In this document: piece after piece, positions 1 to 8,519 of the stretch
Position numbering within the stretch: the stretch's first letter is position 1
How the letters are laid out: each line of letters opens with the position of its first letter
Source of the DNA: Nitrospirales bacterium
GTDB lineage: Bacteria; Nitrospirota; Nitrospiria; Nitrospirales; UBA8639
Reading direction: 5' to 3'
Assembly: GCA_963555755.3 (NCBI GenBank)
Contig: OY820905.2
Location: forward strand, 3,360,001 to 3,424,000
DNA: 64,000 nt
The notes under the pieces: model-generated
The model's database searches: none
Told to the model about the DNA's origin: nothing
What the model saw: the letters and a program-made list of their open reading frames with translations, nothing else
Translations under genes and position numbers: made by a program

Positions 1-497
1 GGGCGATAGCCTAAATTGACCAGTGCTGAGGCGGCATCGTCCTGGATTTGATCTGGGAGCGCAGGTCGTGTGGGTAAATCCGATCCTGGATCTAGGCGGG
101 CGACTTTATCTTTCAGCTCTAAGGCAATACGACTCGCTGACTTTTTCCCAATCCCCGGCACAGACGACAATTTTTCCCCGTCATCGGTTTGAATGGCGGT
201 GATGAGATCGGGAACGCTGAGCGTGGACAGGACACTGAGGGCTAATTTTCCCCCAACGCCGGAAATGCTCGTGAGCAGGACGAATGCCTCTTTCTCCGGA
301 AGGGTCAAAAAACCAAACAGTTGAATGGCATCTTCCCGTACGTGGGTCAGAATATTGATCGTCAACGAGGCGCGGAGATCCGGAAGGGCAAAGTAGGTAC
401 TGAGCGGGATGAATGCCTCATACCCAACACCCTGGACATCGAGAATGATGCGTGACGGTGCCTTGGCAGCTAATTGGCCCGTCAGTTTAGCAATCAT
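1..497 (-). CDS. ruvA: Holliday junction branch migration protein RuvA (3' end outside window)
   Basis: Manual translation from ATG at 497: MIAKLTGQL...ILDVQGVGYE...THVREDAIQLFGF...SISGVGGKLAL...VPGIGKKSASRIALELKDK. Confidence 0.95.
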   Translation of the reverse strand, partial: MIAKLTGQLAAKAPSRIILDVQGVGYEAFIPLSTYFALPDLRASLTINILTHVREDAIQLFGFLTLPEKEAFVLLTSISGVGGKLALSVLSTLSVPDLITAIQTDDGEKLSSVPGIGKKSASRIALELKDKVARLDPGSDLPTRPALPDQIQDDAASALVNLGYR

Positions 498-498
498 A

Positions 499-677
499 GG
501 ACCTGAGAGAAAATACCTTGGACAATCTCGCGCCAAGATTTGGGTCGGATTTGGACGGAACGATTGAGAAAAACCCGAGGCATAGCACAGCTATGTTGAG
601 GGTTCTTCGATTGAGGCCCGTTCAAAGATGGCCTGAAGATTGGATGCGAGATGTCCAAGGTATTTTCTCTCAGGTCC
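499..677. repeat. MITE/REP-like element with ~33-bp terminal inverted repeats
   Basis: GGACCTGAGAGAAAATACCTTGGACAATCTCGC (499-531) is near-perfectly complementary to GCGAGATGTCCAAGGTATTTTCTCTCAGGTCC (646-677); internal CATAGC-ACA-GCTATG hairpin. Confidence 0.8.
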
Positions 678-777
678 GTAGGGGTTACACCGGCAAGGTG
701 GTTTATGGGTCTGTTGAAAAATTAAAAATTTTTCATTTTGGCGACGACTGTCTAACACGCTCATTGGTCAGAAGAAA

Positions 778-966
778 AGGGGCTGTTCAAAAAGGCCCAT
801 TGTCTGACCCGCCCAACCCAGGCGCGCCAAGACGCGCCCTTCCACAGGCAAGGCCGCAGGGGATTTGGCGCGCGGAGCGTACAGCAGTACGTGAGCACGA
901 CAAAGGCCCGAGAACGCCGCTGGGACCCTTCGGAAAGACTCAGGGCATGCTTTTTCAACAGCCCCT
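778..966 (+). repeat. Family-A palindromic repeat, copy 1
   Basis: Ends AGGGGCTGTTCAAAAA...TTTTTCAACAGCCCCT; core GCAAGGCCGCAG...GCGCGGAGCGTAC..GTACGTGAGCAC...GAGAACGCCGCTGG. Confidence 0.9.
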
Positions 967-971
967 TTAAA

Positions 972-1724
972 TTATTCCGATGCGGCGACCTTTTCCATCA
1001 CCTCATCCGAGATATCAAAATTGGCATGAACTTTTTGAACATCTTCCTGATCATCAAGGATTTCCATCAATTTCAACATCTGCACGGCTGGCCTTTCCTC
1101 GAGTTTCACGAGGTTCTGTGGGAGGAAGGTCACTTCGGCCAAGGACGTTTCAATGTGTGCGGTTTGAAGGGCTTCTTTCACCGCTTCGAAATCGGCAAGA
1201 TCCGTCGTGACTTCAAATCCGGTAGGGGTCTGTTGGACATCTTCGGCCCCGGCTTCCAACGCCAACGTCATGAGTCGATCTTCGTCAGTTTGACTTCCTT
1301 CCACAATTAACAGGCCTTTTTTATGGAATTGCCAGGCTACGGCACCCGCTTCCGCCATGTTACCATGGTTTTTCCCGAATATATTTCGAATTTCCGCTAC
1401 GGTCCGATTCCGATTGTCTGTCGTAATTTCCAGGAGCACCCCGGTCCCGCTGGGGCCATAGCCCTCAAGCGTAAATTCTTCATAGTTTACCCCGGGAAGT
1501 TCTCCGGTGCCTCGCTGAATCGCGCGCTTGATGGTATCGGCGGGCATATTGACTTCTTTGGCCTTGGCAATAAAGGTTCGAAGCGTGGGGTTGGCATCCG
1601 GGTCGCCACCGGCTCTCGACGAAATGGTGATTTCGCGGATGATTTTGGTAAAGATTTTACCTCGCTTGGCATCGATGGCACCTTTATGCCGCTTGATTGT
1701 TGACCAATGACTATGTCCACCCAT
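972..1724 (-). CDS. yebC: YebC/PmpR family protein
   Basis: MGGHSHWSTIKRHKG...EGYGPSG...TDNRNRT...DVQKVHAN. Confidence 0.97.
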   Translation of the reverse strand: MGGHSHWSTIKRHKGAIDAKRGKIFTKIIREITISSRAGGDPDANPTLRTFIAKAKEVNMPADTIKRAIQRGTGELPGVNYEEFTLEGYGPSGTGVLLEITTDNRNRTVAEIRNIFGKNHGNMAEAGAVAWQFHKKGLLIVEGSQTDEDRLMTLALEAGAEDVQQTPTGFEVTTDLADFEAVKEALQTAHIETSLAEVTFLPQNLVKLEERPAVQMLKLMEILDDQEDVQKVHANFDISDEVMEKVAASE

Positions 1725-1965
1725 TGAATAATCCTTTGATTAGGCCTTCGGTTTGGCTGCCAGTTACCATGACGATTTCGCCCGCATCCTAGGCGTGGGC
1801 TTGTATCACAGAGTCAAAACAGGTGTCAATGATAAGTACGTATTTTTAATTAGGTTTTTATTCTATTTTCGCAATTGCGGATACGCAGTTTTTCCGGAAA
1901 CCTTTCCGGACAATCCGTTGCTTGAGGCAGTTGCTTCAGGTCGAGAAGGATGGTATGGAAATCCC

Positions 1966-2940
1966 ATGCGCATTATATTTATGGGTACGCCAGAGTTTGC
2001 AGTTCCCTCTTTAGAATCATTGCTCAACCATGGGTTCCAGGTGGTAGGCGTCGTGACCCAACCCGATCGCCCGAAAGGTCGAGGGCAGACGGTTGGGGTC
2101 TCTCCAATCAAGCAACTCGCACAAGCTCAGGGTTTGCCCGTTCTCCAACCCGAAAAAATGAAAAGCCCCGAACTGCTTCAGGCTCTTGCTGCCTGGCGTT
2201 CTGATGTGATAACGGTCACAGCCTTCGGGCGGATTCTTCCAAAAAGTATATTGGACCTGCCCCCGGGAGGATGTATCAACGTGCATGGGTCGTTGTTGCC
2301 TCGATATCGGGGGGCGGCTCCGATCCAATGGTCCTTAATCAATGGGGATCTGGAAACTGGCATTACAACTATGCTCATGGACGAAGGTATGGATACGGGG
2401 GCCATGCTGCTCCAACGGGCTATTTCGATTGAACCGGATGATACGGCGGCGGAATTAGGCAATCGGCTCGCCAGGGTCGGGGGCGATCTATTGGTCGAAA
2501 CGCTCAAGGGTTTGGCCAACAAGACCGTCGCCCCCCAAGAGCAGGATCACGACAAGGTCACGTACGCACCCCTGTTAACCAAAGATGCGGGAATGATAGA
2601 CTGGACTCAATCGGCAAACGGTCTCGCCAACCGGATTCGAGGGTTATCCCCCTGGCCCGGGTGTTTTACCTTTCTTAGAGATCAACGGTTGGTTATTTGG
2701 AAGGCCAAGGCAGAGACAAAAAAATTCGATGAGGCAAAATCAGAACACAGGCCCGGTACGATTGTGGATGAAAACAAAAAAGAGTTTTGGGTCCTGACCG
2801 GCGAAGGGACATTAGGAGTTACAGAGGTTCAACCGGCCAACAAAAAGCGAATGACCGTGGCGCAATTTCTTCAAGGGCGATCGGTATCAATTGGCGAAGT
2901 GTTTACCTCTGGACCAGCATCGGCTTCTTCGCCTTCGTAA
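1966..2940 (+). CDS. fmt: Methionyl-tRNA formyltransferase
   Basis: MRIIFMGTPEFAVPSL, VVTQPDRPKGRG, NVHGSLLPRYRGAAPIQW; start moved to ATG 1966. Confidence 0.97.
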   Translation: MRIIFMGTPEFAVPSLESLLNHGFQVVGVVTQPDRPKGRGQTVGVSPIKQLAQAQGLPVLQPEKMKSPELLQALAAWRSDVITVTAFGRILPKSILDLPPGGCINVHGSLLPRYRGAAPIQWSLINGDLETGITTMLMDEGMDTGAMLLQRAISIEPDDTAAELGNRLARVGGDLLVETLKGLANKTVAPQEQDHDKVTYAPLLTKDAGMIDWTQSANGLANRIRGLSPWPGCFTFLRDQRLVIWKAKAETKKFDEAKSEHRPGTIVDENKKEFWVLTGEGTLGVTEVQPANKKRMTVAQFLQGRSVSIGEVFTSGPASASSPS

Positions 2941-3061
2941 AAATGGAACCGTGACATCGAAAGATATTTCGCAACTGGCTCCACATGTTGAAAGAGACTG
3001 TTGAATATTTCACTCCAATGGCCAATACATGCTCAGGAGGAGCCGGACAGCATCAGCTGGG

Positions 3062-3207
3062 GGGAATGTTCAAAAAAGCATGCCCTGAGTCTTTCCGAAG
3101 GGTCCGTCCAGCAAGGCCGCAGCCATTTTGACGCGCGGAGCGTACTCTCAGTACGTGAGCACGGCAAAATGGCGAGAACGCCGCTGGCGACTTTTTTCAA
3201 CATTCCC
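3062..3207 (+). repeat. Family-A palindromic repeat, copy 2
   Basis: GGGAATGTTCAAAAAA...TTTTTTCAACATTCCC with conserved core and CCCTGAGTCTTTCCGAAGGG insert. Confidence 0.9.
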
Positions 3208-3237
3208 TGAATTGAAATCAAGAATAGAGAGACAACC

Positions 3238-3585
3238 ATGACCGATCGCGAACAAGCCGCTGTAGAATTTCTCAAGAAACAATTGCAGGATTTAGAAATT
3301 ATACAACCGCATGCCCTCAAAACCACCAATGCCATCCGTGCGAAGGAGCAATTCCATAAATGGAAACTATATGTGATTGGGGCGGTGGCGGAAAGACTGG
3401 GTCCCACCTATGGCGAACGCCTACAAATAGAATGGATCGACACCGCATATGCTGGGGGAGACATGTATGATGAAATCGCCGATGACATCGAGATGTGCCT
3501 TCGCCAACTTAAACATCTTATCAGGGAAGTGGGCACGAAAGGGCTTGAGCCGCAAGATACCAATGACGCACCCGCATCGCAATAA
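3238..3585 (+). CDS. Hypothetical protein
   Basis: 115-aa ORF with plausible RBS, co-oriented just upstream of rsmA. Confidence 0.75.
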   Translation: MTDREQAAVEFLKKQLQDLEIIQPHALKTTNAIRAKEQFHKWKLYVIGAVAERLGPTYGERLQIEWIDTAYAGGDMYDEIADDIEMCLRQLKHLIREVGTKGLEPQDTNDAPASQ

Positions 3586-3600
3586 ACCCTGGCTGGGAAG

Positions 3601-4461
3601 ATGCTAAGGTCTTCTCCCCCTCCTCCACTCAAACGACTCGGTCAGCATTTCCTCATTGATCCCAATATCGTGAGAAAAATCCTTGGTGAAGCCGCGATTC
3701 GTCCAGAGGAAACGGTGTTTGAAATTGGGCCGGGACGTGGGGTGCTCACAGAGCCGTTGTGTGGCGTGGCGTCCCGGGTCATTGCGGTCGAAATCGACAA
3801 GAAGTTGGCGGCCTACTTATCTAGCGTCTGCCATCAATCCAATTTGGACCTTCGCACTGGCGATGCGCTGGAGTTCAACTACGACACCTTGCCACAAGGA
3901 ACGGTGGTGGTGGCGAATTTACCGTATTATGTCTCGACCCCCTTGTTGTTTCAGTTGCTGGAACACCGATCCCGGATCAGCCGGATGGTCCTAATGTTAC
4001 AGCTCGAGGTGGCCAAACGATTAGCGGCGAAGCCTGGGAGTTGCGACTACGGATCCCTATCGGTGTTGAGCCAATACTGTGCCGACTCGCGATTGGCCTT
4101 CAAAATCCCCGCCACCTGTTTTCGCCCACGGCCTGATGTTGATTCGGCGGTCGTGACTCTTTCCCTGCATCCTGGCAAAACGGACGATGATGCATTTGAT
4201 CGAGATTTCATGCGGACCGTTCGCGCGGCTTTTGCCCATCGAAGAAAAACGTTGGTGAATTCGTTTCGCGATTCGGGTTGGCCCCTATCCCCAATTCGGG
4301 ACGCGTTAGGCTCAGTGAACATTGATCCCACACGTCGTGCCGAAACGATGGCCCTCCAAGAATTCATCGACCTGACCCACGCCCTTCGCCATCACGCCCC
4401 TGACGAAAACACCCCTCCCGGCAAGGTCAACATCAGCGTTGCTCCAGATAGTACCTCTTAA
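3601..4461 (+). CDS. rsmA: 16S rRNA m6,2A dimethyltransferase KsgA/RsmA
   Basis: KRLGQHFLID, EIGPGRG, VANLPYY, FRPRPDVDS, FAHRRKTL. Confidence 0.97.
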   Translation: MLRSSPPPPLKRLGQHFLIDPNIVRKILGEAAIRPEETVFEIGPGRGVLTEPLCGVASRVIAVEIDKKLAAYLSSVCHQSNLDLRTGDALEFNYDTLPQGTVVVANLPYYVSTPLLFQLLEHRSRISRMVLMLQLEVAKRLAAKPGSCDYGSLSVLSQYCADSRLAFKIPATCFRPRPDVDSAVVTLSLHPGKTDDDAFDRDFMRTVRAAFAHRRKTLVNSFRDSGWPLSPIRDALGSVNIDPTRRAETMALQEFIDLTHALRHHAPDENTPPGKVNISVAPDSTS

Positions 4462-4712
4462 TTCGTCACGAAATATCCGTGGCCAATTCGAGGGTATGGT
4501 TGTCGCCTTTATCCGATAAAGGGTAGCGTCTCTTTTTTTTGGATCCAGGTTTTCTATGGTTTGGGATCGTCTTGGTAAGTTTGGGGTTTTGTGGTTTGTC
4601 TTTTGGTTTAGGAATTATATTGCGGGGTGTCGCCCCTGCATATAGGGTCTGTTGAATATCTCCTTCCCATAGCCAATAAAAGCTCCGGAGGAGCCAAGCG
4701 TCGTCAATTGGA

Positions 4713-4872
4713 GGGAAGGTTCAAAAAAGCATGCCCTGAGTCTTTCCGAAGGGTCTCTCCAGCCCTGTCCTGAGCGAAAGGCCGCAGCCCTTTTGACGCG
4801 CGGAGCGTACTCTCAGTACGTGAGCACGGCAAAAGGGCGAGAACGCCGCTGGCGGCTTTTTTCAACATTCCC
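4713..4872 (+). repeat. Family-A palindromic repeat, copy 3
   Basis: GGGAAGGTTCAAAAAA...TTTTTTCAACATTCCC with conserved core. Confidence 0.9.
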
Positions 4873-4944
4873 ATATAATAAAACCTTCCAGAGCGAGATC
4901 AACAGAAGGCTGAAACGGGACATGAGAAAAGAGTGGGAGAACCT

Positions 4945-4976
4945 GGATTCCCGATTAAGGATGTCGGGAATGACGG
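4945..4976. repeat. REP-like palindrome (ATTCCCGA...TCGGGAAT type)
   Basis: TGGATTCCCGATTAAGGATGTCGGGAATGACG hairpin. Confidence 0.55.
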
Positions 4977-5508
4977 CTTTCGATTGGGGAGGCAATGGGT
5001 CAACCTGTGCCTAAGGCGTGGCTTCGAATCCATTTGTTGCTTTCTCTGTTCAGACGCTACTACCATATAGTATGAGCACCCTTCCTCCAAAATCCAAACT
5101 GGAAAAGCCCTCTGACGGAGACCCGCCCCGCCGCATTCAAACACAGATCCATCGGCGGAATAAGGCGAAGGCGGTGTATCCTATGACCGATGAATGGGAA
5201 AATTCTCAAGATTCTCCTCCAAAGGGCTTAAAGCGGCCTCCCGAGGATATGCCCAAAAAAAAGTAGACTATCTCGTGCCTGTCTTTCTCTTCATTTTTTT
5301 TACGGCTTCCCGCAAGCATTTCCTTTTGGTGTAGAGTTCCCGATCTGAAAGGTAACGCGTCCATTCTTCCCTAAGTGTACTATGAAGTTGGGGCTTTTGA
5401 TGGCATTTTGGTAGGTCTTTTGTTCTCTTGATTCGTTAAAAAACGCGGTGTTACGATGGTAAATTCTGCAGAAAACTTGATGTTTTTTGCTTTTTGGGGG
5501 AGGTCAGT

Positions 5509-5892
5509 ATGAGTGGTTATGATATTCTACTTGCCTATTTGGATAATTATTCTCCCATCCTGATTTTTATCATCCTTGCCTTGGGCTTTGGGCTGGTGAC
5601 CTTGGGTCTCAGTTACTTAGTCCAACCGAAATATCCAGAAGATGAAAAATTGAGTGTATATGAATGTGGAAGCGAGCCGTTCTCGGACTCTCGTATACCC
5701 TTTCCCGTTCGCTATTACGTGATTGCCATGCTGTTTGTGATTTTCGATATTGAAGTAATTTTTCTCTATCCCTGGGCTATTACCTTCCATGAGTTGGGGG
5801 TGATAGGCCTGATTGAAATGATGATTTTCATTGGATTGTTTGTTGTTGCGTATGTCTATGCGTGGCGCAAGGGCGCTCTTGAGTGGGATTAA
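5509..5892 (+). CDS. nuoA: NADH-quinone oxidoreductase subunit A
   Basis: YECGSEP, RYYVIAMLFVIFDIE, WRKGALEWD; GGAGG upstream of ATG 5509. Confidence 0.97.
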   Translation: MSGYDILLAYLDNYSPILIFIILALGFGLVTLGLSYLVQPKYPEDEKLSVYECGSEPFSDSRIPFPVRYYVIAMLFVIFDIEVIFLYPWAITFHELGVIGLIEMMIFIGLFVVAYVYAWRKGALEWD

Positions 5893-5896
5893 TGAA

Positions 5897-5986
5897 CGTG
5901 AAGCGTGATCCGTGAAGCGTAAGGCGTAAAGGAATGAAAGAAACGGCATTTTCCCACCCATCACGCATGACGCATCACGCATAACG
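5897..5986. repeat. Heptamer tandem-repeat hairpin (nuoA-nuoB)
   Basis: CGTGAAG CGTGATC CGTGAAG CGTAAGG CGTAAAG ... CATCACG CATGACG CATCACG CATAACG. Confidence 0.85.
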
Positions 5987-5995
5987 AGGAAAAGA

Positions 5996-6535
5996 ATGGG
6001 TTTAATCCAAATAGGTAAGAAGCACGAGCGAGATGGCGATCTTGGCGTCATGACGCTTTCATTAGAGAAAGTCGTGAATTGGGCGCGGAAAGGGTCGCTG
6101 TGGCCGATGACATTTGGGTTGGCGTGTTGCGCGATTGAAATGATTGCAGCGGTGTCGTCTCGCTATGATATTGATCGGTATGGCGCCGGTGTGTTTCGCG
6201 GATCACCTCGGCAATCGGATGTCATGATTGTGGCGGGTACGGTGTGTCGCCGCATGGCGCCGGTTATTCGAAAAATTTATGATCAAATGCCGGAACCCAA
6301 ATACGTCATTTCCATGGGATCGTGCGCCACGTCTGGAAATATCTACGACAGTTATAGCGTGGTTCAGGGTGTTGATCGGTTTGTGCCCGTGGATATTTAT
6401 GTTCCGGGGTGCCCACCAACCCCCGAGGCATTGTTCGACGCCATTTTGAAACTTCAAGACCAAATCATGCAGAAGCGGGTGTTTACCAAGCAGCCTGATG
6501 AAGTGAAACCTGGTGCGAAAAGTAGAATGGTCTAA
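5996..6535 (+). CDS. nuoB: NADH-quinone oxidoreductase subunit B
   Basis: [31 protein letters not shown]. Confidence 0.97.
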   Translation: MGLIQIGKKHERDGDLGVMTLSLEKVVNWARKGSLWPMTFGLACCAIEMIAAVSSRYDIDRYGAGVFRGSPRQSDVMIVAGTVCRRMAPVIRKIYDQMPEPKYVISMGSCATSGNIYDSYSVVQGVDRFVPVDIYVPGCPPTPEALFDAILKLQDQIMQKRVFTKQPDEVKPGAKSRMV

Positions 6536-7032
6536 TGCATCCATTAGCTGAATCCATTCAGACTCGATTCCCCCAGGGGGTGGTCTCTGTGTATGAATGG
6601 CGCGGGGATGTGGCGGTGACGGTCACGCGTGACCAGGTACACGATGTGTGTCGGTATTTGCGGGATGACCCGAGCATGGATTTCGATTACATGGTACATG
6701 TGAGTTCCGTGGATTGGCCTGATGAAGAGGAACGGTTTGAGGTAGTGTGGGAAGTGTACTCGATTCGAAACCGTCATCGAATTCGGATTAAAACGCGGGT
6801 GCCTGAACATGATTGTTTTGTGGATTCGATGACGGATATTTGGCATGGGGCGGATTTTATGGAGCGGGAAGTGTTTGACATGATGGGCATTCGCTTCAAC
6901 AACCATCCTGACCTCCGTCGGATCTTGATGCCCGATGAATATACTGAAGGCTGGCCGTTGCGGAAGGATTTTCCGCTGCAAGGCAAGGGCTGGCGAGATA
7001 CGTTTGAATTTTTAGATGAACCGACAGCCTGA
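6535..7032 (+). CDS. nuoC: NADH-quinone oxidoreductase subunit C
   Basis: EREVFDMMGIRFNNHPDLRRILMP...PLRKDFPL. Confidence 0.96.
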   Translation: MHPLAESIQTRFPQGVVSVYEWRGDVAVTVTRDQVHDVCRYLRDDPSMDFDYMVHVSSVDWPDEEERFEVVWEVYSIRNRHRIRIKTRVPEHDCFVDSMTDIWHGADFMEREVFDMMGIRFNNHPDLRRILMPDEYTEGWPLRKDFPLQGKGWRDTFEFLDEPTA

Positions 7033-7150
7033 TTTTTTTGTGAATGGCAATATATCGTCAATCTTCAAAAGATAAATCCCCCTCTTTCCCCCTTTTTCAA
7101 AGAGGGAGGAATCCTGTGAAGAGGGGAACTAAGAGAGTAACGCGGCGAAT

Positions 7151-8401
7151 ATGGCGCATTTAGAAGATCAACGCGAGACGATTTATAAAGTCGATCCGGA
7201 GCATCCGGCGACCAAGGATCTTCCGGTTCTGCGGAGTGAAGAGCTGTTGCTTAACATGGGGCCGCAGCATCCGGCGACACATGGTGTGCTCAAGGTCATT
7301 CTCGCTCTCGAAGGTGAGCGCATTACCAAGTCTACGGTGGTCATGGGCTTTTTGCATCGCGGAGTCGAGAAACTTGCGGAGTATGGCACCTACCATCAGT
7401 TTATTCCCCATACCGATCGTCTTGATTACGTCTGCGCGATGTACAACAACTTTGCGTACTGCCGTGCTGTTGAAAAATTGATGAACATCACCCTGCCCGA
7501 AAAGGCAGAATATTTACGCACCATTGTCGCAGAAGTGCAGCGGATTATCGGCCATTTGTTTTGGCTTGGCACGCAGGCGTTGGATATCGGCGCGATGACC
7601 GTCTTTTTTTATACGTTCCGTGATCGCGAGATTCTCCTGGATTGGTTTGATGAATTATGCGGTGCACGTCTGACTACAAGCTGGTATCGCATTGGTGGCG
7701 TCGAGCGGGATTTCACGGATTCGTTAGAAGATAAAGTTCGACGGTTCTTGGATTATTTCCCTCCGAAGATCGAAGAATATGTGGTGTTCTTGGAGAAGAA
7801 TCGAATTTGGCTAGCTCGCACCGTGGGGGTCGCGGTCATCACTGCCGAAGATGCCTTAAGTTTTGGATTGAGTGGACCTACGTTGCGCGGGTCAGGTGTG
7901 GATTACGATTTGCGCAAATACGAATCATATGGGGCCTATCCCAAATGTGAGTTTAGCGTGCCAGTGGGGAAAAATGGTGATACTTATGACCGGTATTGGA
8001 TTCGCATAGAAGAAATGCGGGAAAGCATCAAAATCGTTCGGCAATGTATGGAGCAGATGCCGAAGGAAGGGGCGATCATGGCGGATGTGCCGAGTGTCAC
8101 CTTACCGCCGAAAGATCGTGTGTTTACCAATCTCGAATCCATGATTCAGCAGTTCAGGCTTTTTTCTCAAGGGTTCGATGCTCCGGCTGGAGAAATTTAT
8201 TGCGGAACGGAAGCGCACAAAGGTGAACTCGGCTTTTATATTGTGAGTACCGGTGGAGGAAATCCCTATCGGTTAAAAATTCGATCGCCTTCCTTTATTC
8301 ATATGGGTGCCTTCGATCATATGGCCAGAGGCTATATGATTGCCGATGCCGTCACGATCTTCGGATCCTACGATATTGTAATGGGGGAGTGCGACAGATG
8401 A
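7151..8401 (+). CDS. nuoD: NADH-quinone oxidoreductase subunit D
   Basis: NMGPQHPATHGVL, GFLHRGVEKL, DRLDY, C-terminal GECDR. Confidence 0.97.
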   Translation: MAHLEDQRETIYKVDPEHPATKDLPVLRSEELLLNMGPQHPATHGVLKVILALEGERITKSTVVMGFLHRGVEKLAEYGTYHQFIPHTDRLDYVCAMYNNFAYCRAVEKLMNITLPEKAEYLRTIVAEVQRIIGHLFWLGTQALDIGAMTVFFYTFRDREILLDWFDELCGARLTTSWYRIGGVERDFTDSLEDKVRRFLDYFPPKIEEYVVFLEKNRIWLARTVGVAVITAEDALSFGLSGPTLRGSGVDYDLRKYESYGAYPKCEFSVPVGKNGDTYDRYWIRIEEMRESIKIVRQCMEQMPKEGAIMADVPSVTLPPKDRVFTNLESMIQQFRLFSQGFDAPAGEIYCGTEAHKGELGFYIVSTGGGNPYRLKIRSPSFIHMGAFDHMARGYMIADAVTIFGSYDIVMGECDR

Positions 8402-8406
8402 AAAGA

Positions 8407-8493
8407 CGTGAAGCGTAACGCGTGATCCGTAATGCGTAAGGAACACGGCCATTCTTTATTTTACGCATCACGCATCACGGGTTACGCATTTCG
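8407..8493. repeat. Heptamer tandem-repeat hairpin (nuoD-nuoG)
   Basis: CGTGAAG CGTAACG CGTGATC CGTAATG ... TTACG CATCACG CATCACG GGTTACG. Confidence 0.85.
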
Positions 8494-8519
8494 AAATTGA
8501 GAAGAGCGGGAGAGATAAT

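Noticed and set aside
518..970. 150-aa ORF, and similar ORFs at 3001, 4793 and 37189
   Set aside because: They consist largely of palindromic repeat sequence; their shared peptides (KHALSLSEG, VREH) come from the repeat.
1753..1965. N-terminal extensions of fmt (also of the channel at 23358 and purE at 47716)
   Set aside because: Family similarity begins at downstream starts; the extensions cover promoter or repeat DNA.
7151..8401. Group 4 [NiFe] hydrogenase large subunit
   Set aside because: No CxxC nickel-binding motifs; NuoD quinone-site motifs are present.
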